From Candidatus Tayloriibacteriota bacterium (lineage in GTDB: Bacteria > Patescibacteriota > Minisyncoccia > Phycocordibacterales > PALSA-1337), in the NCBI GenBank assembly GCA_037129895.1, contig JBAXUB010000008.1, positions 1-52,572 on the forward strand: DNA of 52,572 nt, written 5' to 3'. Within the stretch, counting starts at the first letter, position 1, and every line of letters begins with the position of its first letter. Below, piece by piece: positions 29,478 to 39,859 of this stretch. The notes beneath the pieces were generated by a model. That model was not told the origin of the DNA. It saw nothing but the letters and a program-made list of their open reading frames with translations, and did no database searches. The position numbers were made by a program, and so were the translations under genes.

Positions 29478-32400
29478 TTATTCCTCATCAACTTTCGGCC
29501 TGTTTAGTAATTCGACGTTGAGTGCTAGTCCTCTTAGTGTCTTCAACAAGACATTGAATGATGCTGGCAAGTTAGGTGCACGTAGTTTTTCACCCTTCAC
29601 TATCGCATCGAATGTCTGTGAGCGACCTAGGATATCATCTGACTTGACTGTTAGAATCTCACGCAATGTGTGCGCTGCGCCGTGACCTAGGAGTGCCCAG
29701 ACTTCCATTTCTCCAAAACGCTGACCTCCACCTTGAGCTTTACCACCAAGAGGCTGTTGCGTGATCAATGAATAAGGACCGATAGAACGCATGTGTATCT
29801 TGTCCTCAACCATGTGGTGCAGTTTCATGATGTACATGTAACCAACAGCGATCGGTTGATCAAAATGATCACCTGTACGACCATCTCGGAGTTTCATCTT
29901 TCCTGAAGCATCGAAGCCAGCCTTTACGAGCTCGGCTTTGATCTCATCATCAGTTGCTCCTGTAAATGGAGGGACGATAGCCTGATATCCTAGAGTATTG
30001 GCAGCCAATCCGAGGTGTAATTCTAGGATCTGACCGAGGTTCATACGTGATGGCACACCAAGTGGTGTTAGGATAACATCGATAGGACGACCATCTTCCA
30101 TGTATGGCATATCCTCTTCTGGGAGAATCTTGGAAATAACTCCTTTGTTACCGTGACGACCAGCCATCTTGTCTCCGACAGATATGTTACGAACTTGAGC
30201 CGTCTCAATATATATTTTCTTTATGATTCCGGACTCGAGTTTGTCACCCTTCTCGCGTGAGAATATCTTTACTGAGATAACACGACCTTGCTTTCCGTTC
30301 TCCATACGCTTTGATGTATCTTTCACGTCACGAGCTTTCTCACCGAAGATCGAACGAAGTAGTCTCTCTTCTGGAGTCAATTGTGTCTCACCCTTTGGTG
30401 AGATCTTACCAACCAAGATATCACCTGGACGAACCTCTGCACCGATACGTACGATACCTTCTTCGGTTAGGTTCTTGAGTTTGACTTCTCCGACGTTAGG
30501 AATATCGCATGTCGTTACTTCAGGACCTAGTTTTGTATCACGAACATTCACGACGAACTCTTCGATATGAACCGAACTCCATTTGCTCTCTTTAACAATA
30601 CGTTGAGACAATATGATAGCGTCCTCGTAGTTATTTCCTGACCATGACATGAAAGCGACCAATGAGTTGTGTCCGAGTGCGATCTCTCCATGATCTGAAG
30701 TTGAAGTGTCGACTAGAATGTCACCCTTCTTGACCTTTTGACCGAGAGATACGATAGGTCTCTGATGGAATGATGTGAATCCATTTGTTCGAGAGAACAA
30801 TACGAGATCGTATTCATGACTCTTACCTGTTTTCTTGCTCTTGAATATAACTTTCTTTGCTTCTACATGAGTTATCTCACCATCTTCAGGAGCAACAACG
30901 ATACGGCCTGTATCCATGACCGCCTTCTTTTCGATACCAGTTGCGACGAATGGAGCCTCAGGTACGAGACATGGTGTGGCTTGTTTCTGCATGTTCGATC
31001 CCATCAGTGCTCTGTTAGCATCATCATGGTTTAGGAATGGAATGAGTGAGGTAGCGATCGAGAACGCCTGGTTCGTATCAACGTCGATATAATCAACATC
31101 ATTTCTCTTTGCCATCGCAGGCTTACCATTCTGACGAACTTCGACATCTTCTTCTGTGATATTACCATCTGCATCACATTGAGTAGCGGCGTGAGCGATG
31201 CGGAAGGTTTCTTCTTCTAGAGCATTCAGATACACGACTTCTTTTGTAACTTTTCCATTCTTTACTTTCGCATAAGGAGTTTCGATCATTCCAAAATTAT
31301 TGATACGAGCATAGTTAGATAGACGCAAGATAAGACCAATGTTCGGACCTTCAGGAGTATGGATCGGACATAGACGACCATAGTGAGATGGGTGAACGTC
31401 ACGAACTTCGAAACCTGCTCTCTCGCGTGAGAGACCTCCAGGGCCTAGTGCTGTTAGTTGTCTCAAGTTCTCGATTTCAGCCAAGACATTTTCCTGTTGC
31501 ATGAATTGAGACAGCTGGTTAGTTGTGAAGAATTCCTTGATACGAGCTTGCAAAGGTCTTGGGTAGATGAATGATACAGGCATCGTTATATCAGGCTCAA
31601 CTGTAGACATCTTGTCTTGGATATTACGTTTCATCTGTGTCAAACCTAGACGAACACGCTGTTCCAATAGTTCACCTACATATCTAACACGTCGTGATCC
31701 GAGGTGGTCGATGTCATCAGCCTGCATATCAGGAGTAACAGAAAGTGCCACTATATGCTTTATAGTAGTTGCGATATCGTCGATAGATAGAGTTCTCTGT
31801 TCGAGATCCTTCTCTTCCATAGACTTACCGAAACGCTTGTTGAAACGGAATCTTCCAACACGAGAGATATCATACCTGTCTGGTGCGAGCAATGCCTTGA
31901 TGAATGAACGTGCATTGTCAGCTGTAGCCAAGTCGCCATCACGTAGTCTCTTGTGTATCTCTATATATGCATCATCTACTGTCTTTGCATGATCTTTACC
32001 GAGTGTTGTTTCGATGACCTTCTTTGCATCTGCATCCTTTTCGAATAGAGCGATCATCTTCTCATTGGTATCTGCTCCCAAGATGCGCAATAGTGATGTG
32101 GCTGGGAATTTCCTCTTGCGATCAATACGACAATATATAGTATTGTCAGCATCTGTCTCTATCTCCATCCATACACCACGAGCTGGAATGATCTTTGCAC
32201 CAAAGTAACTCTTACCTTTAAGTTCTGACGCTGTAAAGAATATTCCGAATGAACGAGCGAGCTGTGGCACGATCACACGCTCAACACCATTTATGATGAA
32301 TGTTCCATGATCAGTCATGAGTGGAAAATCAGCCAAGAACATCTCTTGCTCCTTGACAACGTTTAGAGATTTGTTTTTGAGCATTACCTTGACCTTGATC

Positions 32401-32708
32401 TGTCCTTCATAGTTCTGCTTGTTATTCTTTGCGAAATGCTCGTTATACTTTGGGCGGATGAGTTCCATGTGGCTGAATGAAAGGTCGAATTTCTTTCCAG
32501 CATAATCTGAGATAGGAGAAAACTCCTTGAGAAGTGCAGGAAGTCCCCTCTCTATGAGATCAGCGAAAGATACGAGTTGAGACTCCACTAGGTGTGGCAT
32601 CTCAGCTAACGGAACTCTATATCGTGAAAAATACTTTTTCGGTCGTGCAGAAGCTGAAGTGACTGGAACTGAACCGGCTGGAACTGATGCTGAAATTGGT
32701 GTAGGCAT
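29478..32708 (-). CDS. rpoB: RNA polymerase beta subunit
   Basis: FIINGVERV, RDVHPSHYGR, GDKMAGRHGNKG, GGQRFGEMEVWAL. Confidence 0.99.
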   Translation of the reverse strand: MPTPISASVPAGSVPVTSASARPKKYFSRYRVPLAEMPHLVESQLVSFADLIERGLPALLKEFSPISDYAGKKFDLSFSHMELIRPKYNEHFAKNNKQNYEGQIKVKVMLKNKSLNVVKEQEMFLADFPLMTDHGTFIINGVERVIVPQLARSFGIFFTASELKGKSYFGAKIIPARGVWMEIETDADNTIYCRIDRKRKFPATSLLRILGADTNEKMIALFEKDADAKKVIETTLGKDHAKTVDDAYIEIHKRLRDGDLATADNARSFIKALLAPDRYDISRVGRFRFNKRFGKSMEEKDLEQRTLSIDDIATTIKHIVALSVTPDMQADDIDHLGSRRVRYVGELLEQRVRLGLTQMKRNIQDKMSTVEPDITMPVSFIYPRPLQARIKEFFTTNQLSQFMQQENVLAEIENLRQLTALGPGGLSRERAGFEVRDVHPSHYGRLCPIHTPEGPNIGLILRLSNYARINNFGMIETPYAKVKNGKVTKEVVYLNALEEETFRIAHAATQCDADGNITEEDVEVRQNGKPAMAKRNDVDYIDVDTNQAFSIATSLIPFLNHDDANRALMGSNMQKQATPCLVPEAPFVATGIEKKAVMDTGRIVVAPEDGEITHVEAKKVIFKSKKTGKSHEYDLVLFSRTNGFTSFHQRPIVSLGQKVKKGDILVDTSTSDHGEIALGHNSLVAFMSWSGNNYEDAIILSQRIVKESKWSSVHIEEFVVNVRDTKLGPEVTTCDIPNVGEVKLKNLTEEGIVRIGAEVRPGDILVGKISPKGETQLTPEERLLRSIFGEKARDVKDTSKRMENGKQGRVISVKIFSREKGDKLESGIIKKIYIETAQVRNISVGDKMAGRHGNKGVISKILPEEDMPYMEDGRPIDVILTPLGVPSRMNLGQILELHLGLAANTLGYQAIVPPFTGATDDEIKAELVKAGFDASGKMKLRDGRTGDHFDQPIAVGYMYIMKLHHMVEDKIHMRSIGPYSLITQQPLGGKAQGGGQRFGEMEVWALLGHGAAHTLREILTVKSDDILGRSQTFDAIVKGEKLRAPNLPASFNVLLKTLRGLALNVELLNRPKVDEE

Positions 32709-32924
32709 ATTTTTTATTAAAATAATAATGACGCAAAATGACCGCTTATATAAAAACGGTTATATTTCGATTACCTTATATTGAGATAATCACTTGTAGG
32801 ATTAATGATGAACCTTTCTAATCCTCCGCTGGTAGGCCCTCCTTTGCCAAAGCTACGAAGGGCGTGGCAGAACACAATCTGCGAAGTTAGGGTGAGCCTA
32901 GCACAGGTGGATATTCAAGTCAAG
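32709..32924 (-). promoter_or_regulatory. rpoB promoter and long structured 5' leader
   Basis: TTGACT-N17-TAGGCT; ~180-nt leader with several hairpins including CCCTTCGTAGCTTTGGCAAAGGAGGG. Confidence 0.55.
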
Positions 32925-33651
32925 GGTTGTTGGGGATAGTTCCTTTCTTGGTCTTTTTCCACTCATCCATCTTGGCATGATGACCACTGAGTAGTATCTT
33001 TGGTACTCTGTATTTCTTTCCTTTGAATTCTATCACTTCAGGGCGTGTATAGACATCTGGACTAGCGACTCGTAATTCTTCTATAGATAGATCATCACCC
33101 AAGACTCCCTTTATGCGGCGTGTGATGGCATCGATCATGATCATCGCTGGCAATTCTCCACCAGTCAATACGAAAGGACCAACTGATATATCTATCATTG
33201 GGAACGCTTTCTTGATTCGAGCATCTATACCCTCATACCTGCCACAAACCAAAACGATATCCGTGTATTTCCTGAACCTATCAGCCACAACATTTGTGAA
33301 CTGTTCTCCCGAAGGACTGAAAAAAACTATTTTGAGTTTTGGTTTTTTTGACGTTGCATCCTTCGCAGCATTCACAGCGCTCTGGATAGCGCCCATGACT
33401 GGCAATGCTTCCATGACCATACCAGGACCACCACCATACGGTCTATCATCCACGCGACGTTCTGCATAGGTCAGACCTCTACCGGCTTTCGCTGCAGCAC
33501 CGGCTGATGCGACAAAATCTCGTGGATTGTAATACTTCACAGCTATCTTTCCATCCTCCTGTGCGCGCTTCAAAATCGAAGCCTTGAGATATGACTCGAG
33601 ACTTTCTGGGAATAGGCTCACAACGTGGAATGTTATCTTCGTATTTGACAT
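32920..33651 (-). CDS. trmD: tRNA (guanine-N1)-methyltransferase
   Basis: VDDRPYGGGPGMV, CGRYEGID, FVLTGGE, YTRP. Confidence 0.96.
   Translation of the reverse strand: MSNTKITFHVVSLFPESLESYLKASILKRAQEDGKIAVKYYNPRDFVASAGAAAKAGRGLTYAERRVDDRPYGGGPGMVMEALPVMGAIQSAVNAAKDATSKKPKLKIVFFSPSGEQFTNVVADRFRKYTDIVLVCGRYEGIDARIKKAFPMIDISVGPFVLTGGELPAMIMIDAITRRIKGVLGDDLSIEELRVASPDVYTRPEVIEFKGKKYRVPKILLSGHHAKMDEWKKTKKGTIPNNP
33463..33482. repeat. Palindrome family copy inside trmD
   Basis: TGCATAGGTCAGACCTCTAC; encodes GRGLTYA in an extra loop. Confidence 0.7.
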
Positions 33652-33703
33652 GTAAGATAATATAGCATGAAATGTGTATTTTGTCTCTTATACACAGTTT
33701 GCT

Positions 33704-33729
33704 TACAACATTATGATCATAATGTTGTA
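33704..33729. promoter_or_regulatory. Perfect 26-bp palindrome overlapping the pilin -10 box (putative operator)
   Basis: TACAACATTATGATCATAATGTTGTA; TATAAT at 33728-33733. Confidence 0.6.
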
Positions 33730-33734
33730 TAATC

Positions 33735-34601
33735 ATGACTATGCGTCCTTCTCACCGAAGTGGATTTACATTGATCGAACTATTGGTAGTCATATCCATA
33801 ATATCTATGCTGGCCTCTGTTGTCTTGGCAGCTATGGGTGGTGCTAGAGATAAAGCAACGATTGCCTCAATGCAGATGTTCGATACACACACTTACCAGG
33901 CGTTGGGAGTTAATCTAGTGGGTATGTGGAATTTTGATGGTCCGAATAATCTTTTTTATGATTCATCCGGAAACGGGCATCATGGGGTAGAATATGTAAA
34001 ATCCCAGTCAAGCTCACCATCATCTAGTGCTGTGATTTCTTCCGTGCCCAATGCAAGCAATCAAAATAACAAAGCAATCAGTTTAAACGGAACTACTTTT
34101 GTTAATGTTGGGGTCCTGAGCGTAGCTAACGATATAACGGTCTCAACGTGGGTAAACTCAAATGACTTTAATACTAGCGCTGTCGGCATTGTCGGAACAA
34201 ACAATACTGCAGATTGGGGTCTATATATATTCGATAATAATTTATCATGGAGGGGACAAACTGGCACACAGGACCCAACTGGCGTTTATAGGATCAATTG
34301 TACTCCTCCAACAAATAGTAAGTGGCATCATTTGGCAGCAACTCAATCTGGAACGAACGCGAGTCTATATGTCGATGGTAAACTTTGTGGTAAAAGATCG
34401 GATATGAAAGGTATCGGAAATACAGGTTTAATTACACTTATTGGGGCTTTCTATACTAACGGAATGCTCTTTACCGGCAGCATCGACGATGTAAAGATCT
34501 ATTCTCAATACATGCTTGCGTCAGAAATTCAAAACATATACCTCGCAGGATTGCCAACTCATACACTAGCGGCCAATATTGATGGTGAAACGGCGAAATA
34601 G
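33735..34601 (+). CDS. Pilin with LamG/concanavalin A-like domain
   Basis: SGFTLIELLVVISII; LVGMWNFD, DSSGNG, WHHLA, LYVDG, FTGSIDDVKIY. Confidence 0.9.
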   Translation: MTMRPSHRSGFTLIELLVVISIISMLASVVLAAMGGARDKATIASMQMFDTHTYQALGVNLVGMWNFDGPNNLFYDSSGNGHHGVEYVKSQSSSPSSSAVISSVPNASNQNNKAISLNGTTFVNVGVLSVANDITVSTWVNSNDFNTSAVGIVGTNNTADWGLYIFDNNLSWRGQTGTQDPTGVYRINCTPPTNSKWHHLAATQSGTNASLYVDGKLCGKRSDMKGIGNTGLITLIGAFYTNGMLFTGSIDDVKIYSQYMLASEIQNIYLAGLPTHTLAANIDGETAK

Positions 34602-34715
34602 AATATTCCACTTATCGCCAATATTCCACTCATTTACAATATTTTGTCTCCAATACCTTGAACAAAAAAACGCAGACCTAACTGCGCTTTTTTGATTCGA
34701 GTAATGGATTGAATA

Positions 34716-35069
34716 CTAGTCCAACTTCAAGTCTGCCATAGCTTCATCAACTGTCTTTGAGTTCGGTGTAACTAGAGGAACTGCTGGAGCTTGAGTAGCC
34801 ATACGTTCTGCTGAGCGAAGACCTCCAACTGGCTCATTGATCTTGAGATTCACGCGAGAATTGTTCTTCATACCAACAACGCGGAGCAATGTTCGGATCG
34901 CCTTTGCTGTATTACCCTGACGACCGATGATCTTACCCATATCTGCTGCACCACATTCGAGTGTGAGCAATACTCCCATCTCATCTACTGTGCGAGTAGT
35001 CTTCACTTCACCTGGATTGTCAACTAACGCCTTGATAACGTAATCTAGAAACTCTTGGTCTTTCTGCAT
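34716..35069 (-). CDS. khpA: KH-domain RNA-binding protein
   Basis: DMGKIIGRQGNTAKAIRTLL; located downstream of rpsP. Confidence 0.92.
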   Translation of the reverse strand: MQKDQEFLDYVIKALVDNPGEVKTTRTVDEMGVLLTLECGAADMGKIIGRQGNTAKAIRTLLRVVGMKNNSRVNLKINEPVGGLRSAERMATQAPAVPLVTPNSKTVDEAMADLKLD

Positions 35070-35158
35070 ATATCTTAATTATTTATTCATAATATCGTAC
35101 AGTTAACGTGCTGTACTAGTACGTAGTGTAGCAAATAGAGAATTGACTGGCAATTGTA

Positions 35159-35524
35159 TTACGCAGCTGGAGTTACTGGAGTAGCCTCTACTGGAACTGC
35201 GGCCTTTACTTCGGCAGGTTTTGCTTCTTCTGCTTTCTTGATCGGAGATTTCTTTGGGAGTGCGTTCATCTTCTTGCCTACGATGATCTTCTGACCAACT
35301 AGGAAATTATGCATCGTTAGAGATAGTTTGGCACCTTTTGATATCCAGTGCTTTACTGCCTCTGTATCGATCTGAGTCTTTGCATCATTCTTCAAACGTG
35401 TGTCATACCATCCCAAGTTCTTGAGATATTTGCCACTCTTTGGGCCGTTCTTTGAATCAGTCAAAACAACACGAAAAGTTGGTTCGTGCTTGCGTCCTGT
35501 TCGCTGTAATCTGATCATTAACAT
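35159..35524 (-). CDS. rpsP: 30S ribosomal protein S16
   Basis: MLMIRLQRTGRKHEPTFRVV..DS. Confidence 0.96.
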   Translation of the reverse strand: MLMIRLQRTGRKHEPTFRVVLTDSKNGPKSGKYLKNLGWYDTRLKNDAKTQIDTEAVKHWISKGAKLSLTMHNFLVGQKIIVGKKMNALPKKSPIKKAEEAKPAEVKAAVPVEATPVTPAA

Positions 35525-35554
35525 GTAGGAAAGATACTAACAGATTATGTTTAA

Positions 35555-36763
35555 TTACGCAAATTGTGCTCTGTCACGGCTCAATATGGACTTAATGACC
35601 TTCAACGTCCTCTTCACTTCCATCTTCTTTGTCCACCTGCCAAATGAAAACCTCACTGATTCACTACTCTTTGCACCGATCGCCTTCAATACATATGATT
35701 CACCAGCGTCCAGGAGGCATGAACTCTTCGTGGAGCATGCAATACCCTTTGCATCTAGTTGCAATACGAGGAATTCATTATCAATACCGGGAATATTCAC
35801 ATTCAAAATATTTGGCGAAACCTTTTCTGTGTCAGTCGGCCCATTAACTTTGATGTTTGGGTCAATTTCTTTGAGCCCAGTGATCATCATGCTACGAAAT
35901 GAATCTGCACCCTCCTTACTTCTCACTTCTTCCTCTACATCTCTTGTTTTCCGCTCACACACTACCAATTCCATCGCTTTCGCAAATCCTGCAATACTCG
36001 GCAGATTCTCAGTACCCGATCTCATACCAGATTCCTGGCCGCCTCCATAGATAACAGGCCCGATAGGCGTACCTCTCCTCGTATACAAGGCACCGATACC
36101 TCGTGGACCATAGATCTTACCCGCGTCGATCGTCATCATATCCACACCCAAATTCTCCATATTTATATCTACTACCGAAAGCGCCTGTGCAGCGTCAGTG
36201 TGGAATAGAGGATATTTATCCTTTCTCGTATTTCGTATCACTTTCGCAATTTCGCGAATCGGCTGGATGCTGCCGATCTCATTGTTAACTGTCATTATTG
36301 AAACCAAGAACGTATTTGGTCTGATGGCCTTCTTGAGTTCATCTATTGAAATCAATCCTTCGGAATTCACGCAAAGCCGCGTAACTTCACAACCATTTTT
36401 TTCTAGCGTATTCGCAACTTCGATGATAGATGAATGCTCAATATTGGAAATTATTATATGCGGTCTCTCTACTCCCCGCTTCTTCACTTCGTTGTACGCA
36501 CCCAATATCGCTAGATTATTCGCTTCGGTTCCACCACTAGTGAATATGATCTCATCTGAATGTGCACGCAAGTTCGTAGCCACAGTTTTCCTAGCTGATT
36601 CCATAGCCTCCTTTGCCGCAACGCCTTCCTTGTACCACGATGACGGATTGGCATACTTTGATGCAGAAAATTTCTTCATCTCGCGAATGACGCGAGGATC
36701 TATAGGTGTTAGTGAAGCATAATCGAGATATATGCGTATTCTAAACATTCTGAACATATCCAA
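35555..36763 (-). CDS. iscS: Cysteine desulfurase (IscS/NifS family)
   Basis: IYLDYASLTP, FTSGGTEANN, NNEIG, HTDAAQA, RSGTEN, STKSSC. Confidence 0.9.
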   Translation of the reverse strand: MDMFRMFRIRIYLDYASLTPIDPRVIREMKKFSASKYANPSSWYKEGVAAKEAMESARKTVATNLRAHSDEIIFTSGGTEANNLAILGAYNEVKKRGVERPHIIISNIEHSSIIEVANTLEKNGCEVTRLCVNSEGLISIDELKKAIRPNTFLVSIMTVNNEIGSIQPIREIAKVIRNTRKDKYPLFHTDAAQALSVVDINMENLGVDMMTIDAGKIYGPRGIGALYTRRGTPIGPVIYGGGQESGMRSGTENLPSIAGFAKAMELVVCERKTRDVEEEVRSKEGADSFRSMMITGLKEIDPNIKVNGPTDTEKVSPNILNVNIPGIDNEFLVLQLDAKGIACSTKSSCLLDAGESYVLKAIGAKSSESVRFSFGRWTKKMEVKRTLKVIKSILSRDRAQFA

Positions 36764-36793
36764 ACTGTAACATGCAAGTACGAATATGGAAAG

Positions 36794-37096
36794 CTACGCT
36801 ATAGCTAACCTTCTCTCAACTTTTCGCAGCCTCGGTTCGTGATCTTTGAATAGGATTCTTTCGGTACTATCGAACCTAACTTCCAATCTCTTTATATCAT
36901 CTTTTGTTGCCATGTTTTCTTCTATGTTTGAAATCCTCTGGTCAAGATGCATAAGCAAACCATCTATTCCATCTACCCTATTTTCCAATCTATCAAACCT
37001 GCTATCAAAACGGCTATAGACTTCACTGAATCCTTTCGCGACCGTAGCCGCCAATTCGTCAATGGTGACTTCCGAATGCGGATTTTTTATAGTCAT
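36794..37096 (-). CDS. Coiled-coil hypothetical protein
   Basis: TIDELA..VAKGF..V..RF, ATKDD heptad repeats. Confidence 0.75.
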   Translation of the reverse strand: MTIKNPHSEVTIDELAATVAKGFSEVYSRFDSRFDRLENRVDGIDGLLMHLDQRISNIEENMATKDDIKRLEVRFDSTERILFKDHEPRLRKVERRLAIA

Positions 37097-37350
37097 ATTA
37101 TTTTGGATAATTATTTGAATTAATATTACTAATAAAATTTGCAGGTGCTACAATTTTATCAGCAATAATATTTTCCACAAGATTACAGGATTAATATTAT
37201 GTTTCCTAATGCAGATTTCTATTATTACTCTGACATTCACAATGCGTGAACGAAATTTTATACACTGATGGGTGGCCTCGATCAGACCTCAGCTTGACAG
37301 TGTGTCATGCTGAGTAGACGAAAAGATTTTATAGCATTATAATCAACAGC

Positions 37351-37833
37351 ATGGATTCATCACTCATATACAACCCGGCAATCATTGGACTCATTATACT
37401 TACGATCATAACTATTGTCCTTTTTGTAAAGATAATAATGATGAATAATAGACTAGAGAAATTCCTGGTAGATGTTGATGCGAAAAATATCGGTGAATCT
37501 CTGGAACATATAGCGACCAAGGTCAGAGATCTCCAAGGTTTCGAAAAAGAAATGGAAAAATACCTGAGCAGTGTTGAGAAAAGATTACGCAAGAGCGCAC
37601 AATCGATCTATACAGTCAGATTCAACCCTTTTCATGGAACAGGCGGCGGAGGGAACCAGAGTTTCGCTACTTCTATATTGAACGAGGAAGGCGACGGTGT
37701 TGTGATATCCAGTCTATATTCACGCGAGCACGTTAGTATCTATTCAAAGCCTATAAAGAACTTCACTAGTGAGCACGAACTATCTACAGAAGAAAAGGAG
37801 TCTGTAGACAAAGCAAAAGCTGGACTGAAGTAG
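37351..37833 (+). CDS. DUF4446-like membrane-anchored protein
   Basis: TM then VRFNPF..GG.QSFA...GDGVVISSLYSRE...KPI. Confidence 0.85.
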   Translation: MDSSLIYNPAIIGLIILTIITIVLFVKIIMMNNRLEKFLVDVDAKNIGESLEHIATKVRDLQGFEKEMEKYLSSVEKRLRKSAQSIYTVRFNPFHGTGGGGNQSFATSILNEEGDGVVISSLYSREHVSIYSKPIKNFTSEHELSTEEKESVDKAKAGLK

Positions 37834-37891
37834 TATTGACAAAAGTCATTGTCAGTGGCTATTTTTTGTGCTAGACTATTTTACTATCAAT

Positions 37892-39445
37892 ATGACTAAT
37901 ACAAGCAAGAAAAATCGTCCTCCGGTTATAGTTGTCATGGGTCACATCGACCATGGGAAATCTACGCTGCTCGACTATATCCGCAAGACAAACATCGTCG
38001 CTGGTGAAGCCGGTGGTATCACACAACACGTCGGTGCATACCAAGCCGAACATATCTCTGCTGACGGAAAGAAACACCCTATAACATTCTTGGATACACC
38101 AGGACACGAGGCTTTCTGTAATATTCGTGAGAGAGGTGCGAAGGCTGCAGACATCGCTATTCTCATCGTCTCTGCAGAAGATGGAGTCAAACCTCAAACA
38201 CTTGAAGCACTAAAGAACATTAACGAACAGAAAATGCCATACATCGTGGCGATCACAAAGATAGACAAACCAAACGCGAACGTCGAGAGAACAAAGCAAA
38301 GCTTAGGAGAAAATGAGATATATGTCGAAGGTTGGGGCGGCAATGTTCCCTGCGTCGCTATATCAGCAGTTACTGGAGAAGGTATACCAGAATTATTGGA
38401 TCTACTCATGCTCCAAGCAGAATTGGAAGACTTAACTTCAAATATAGAGGTACCAGCCAATGGAGTGGTGATAGAATCCACCCTAGATACTCGCAAGGGC
38501 ATTTCCGCAACACTATTGGTCATGAATGGAACACTGAAGATCGGTACGTTCGTCGTTGCAGACGGAACATATGCGCCAGTTCGATTCATAGAAGATTTCA
38601 AAGGTGAAAAGATCGAGACAGCAGGAGCTTCTACCCCGGTTGTTGTTCTAGGTTGGACATCTATCCCTCCATGCGGTGCACCATTTATAACAGTGGAGAC
38701 AAAAAAGTTAGCCGAAAAGGCCATAGAAGAGTACGCTTCGAATTTGAGAAATAGCAAGAACAACTCATCATCTAAACCTTCCCCATCAAAATCTGCCAAC
38801 AATACCGCGGTGAATGAAAATACAACGAAAGTTGTTTCCCTACCACTTGTACTGAAAGCTGATGTCATCGGTTCACTCGAAGGTGTGAAGTTTGAATTGG
38901 CCAAGATCAAACACGATAGAGTCGAGATCAAGATCGTCTCCGAAGGAATCGGCGAGATCAATGAGAACGATGTGAAGTCTGCACAAGGCGATCCAAATAT
39001 TATAATCCTTGGATTCAATGCGGCGCCTGACAAGAAAGCCACAGCCCTCATAGAGAGAGCTTCAGTCCCAATACGTGTTGAGAATTTCAGTATCATCTAT
39101 GAATTATCCAAATTCGTTCGCGATGAACTTATGTCCAAGGTTCCAAAGGAATACGTAGAGGAAGTTACGGGTACTGCCAAGATTATGGCTGTATTCTCTA
39201 GAGACAAAGACCGCCAAGTTGTCGGTGGCAAAGTACAGAGCGGATCCCTAGAGACCGGATCCAATGTAAAGATCATGAGGAGAGAAGCAGAGATCGGTCG
39301 TGGTCTCATACGTGAACTGCAACAGCAAAAGAAGCGTGTGACTGACGTGAGAGAAGGCTTTGAGTTCGGTAGTTTGATCGAATCAAAGATGGAGATCGCT
39401 CCAGGCGACAAGGTTGAGGTTGTGAGGATGGTGGAGAAAAAATAA
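37892..39445 (+). CDS. infB: Translation initiation factor IF-2 (short form)
   Basis: RPPVIVVMGHIDHGKSTLLD, EAGGITQH, DTPGHEAF. Confidence 0.97.
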   Translation: MTNTSKKNRPPVIVVMGHIDHGKSTLLDYIRKTNIVAGEAGGITQHVGAYQAEHISADGKKHPITFLDTPGHEAFCNIRERGAKAADIAILIVSAEDGVKPQTLEALKNINEQKMPYIVAITKIDKPNANVERTKQSLGENEIYVEGWGGNVPCVAISAVTGEGIPELLDLLMLQAELEDLTSNIEVPANGVVIESTLDTRKGISATLLVMNGTLKIGTFVVADGTYAPVRFIEDFKGEKIETAGASTPVVVLGWTSIPPCGAPFITVETKKLAEKAIEEYASNLRNSKNNSSSKPSPSKSANNTAVNENTTKVVSLPLVLKADVIGSLEGVKFELAKIKHDRVEIKIVSEGIGEINENDVKSAQGDPNIIILGFNAAPDKKATALIERASVPIRVENFSIIYELSKFVRDELMSKVPKEYVEEVTGTAKIMAVFSRDKDRQVVGGKVQSGSLETGSNVKIMRREAEIGRGLIRELQQQKKRVTDVREGFEFGSLIESKMEIAPGDKVEVVRMVEKK

Positions 39446-39491
39446 TAGTCGATGCGAATATACGAATTATTCTAATTATACAAATAGAAAA

Positions 39492-39815
39492 ATGAACCAG
39501 AGAGATACAAAAATTAAAGAAATACTACGAGAGCTTGCTGCTAGTTTCTTTTCTCGTGAATCGAACAGGACTTCCCTCATAACTGTGACCGACATCGAGA
39601 TACGCAGTCATGGTGCAACGGCCGTTATATTGGCGACAGTTATGCCAGAAAATCAGGAGGAAGTTGCGATAGAATTCATGAGGAGACAGCTCACAGATTT
39701 CAAAGAATATGTGATGAACAATTCCAGGATTCAGAGAATTCCCTTTTTTCAGGTCGCACTAGACAAAGGTGAGAAGAACCGACAGAGATTGGATGAGATC
39801 ACAAAAAGTGTTTAG
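39492..39815 (+). CDS. rbfA: Ribosome-binding factor A
   Basis: Follows infB; LITVTD..., RIP.F..D pattern. Confidence 0.85.
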   Translation: MNQRDTKIKEILRELAASFFSRESNRTSLITVTDIEIRSHGATAVILATVMPENQEEVAIEFMRRQLTDFKEYVMNNSRIQRIPFFQVALDKGEKNRQRLDEITKSV

Positions 39816-39859
39816 ACTATTTGATTGCACTGTGAGGATACGGGGCCTATAATGTTTAC

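Noticed and set aside
29478-29493. GTTGATGAGG at the rpoB 3' end as a third target of the tRNA-like loop
   Set aside because: Only 10 bp, explained by the codons for V-D-E-E; one such match is plausible by chance in 52 kb.
33682-33696. TGTCTCTTATACACA matches 15 of 19 nt of the Tn5/Nextera mosaic end
   Set aside because: Flanks differ from the adapter and the neighbouring promoters look intact; chance or a minor artefact, not a transposon. Read inspection would settle it.
37275-37322. CTCAGCTTGACA-GTG-TGTCATGCTGAG hairpin
   Set aside because: A single degenerate REP-like hairpin with no second copy or associated gene in the window.
26746-39411. Long antisense ORFs such as 26746-27564 and 38194-39096
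   Set aside because: Shadow frames opposite rpoC and infB with no recognisable motifs; the same applies to most short overlapping ORFs in the track.
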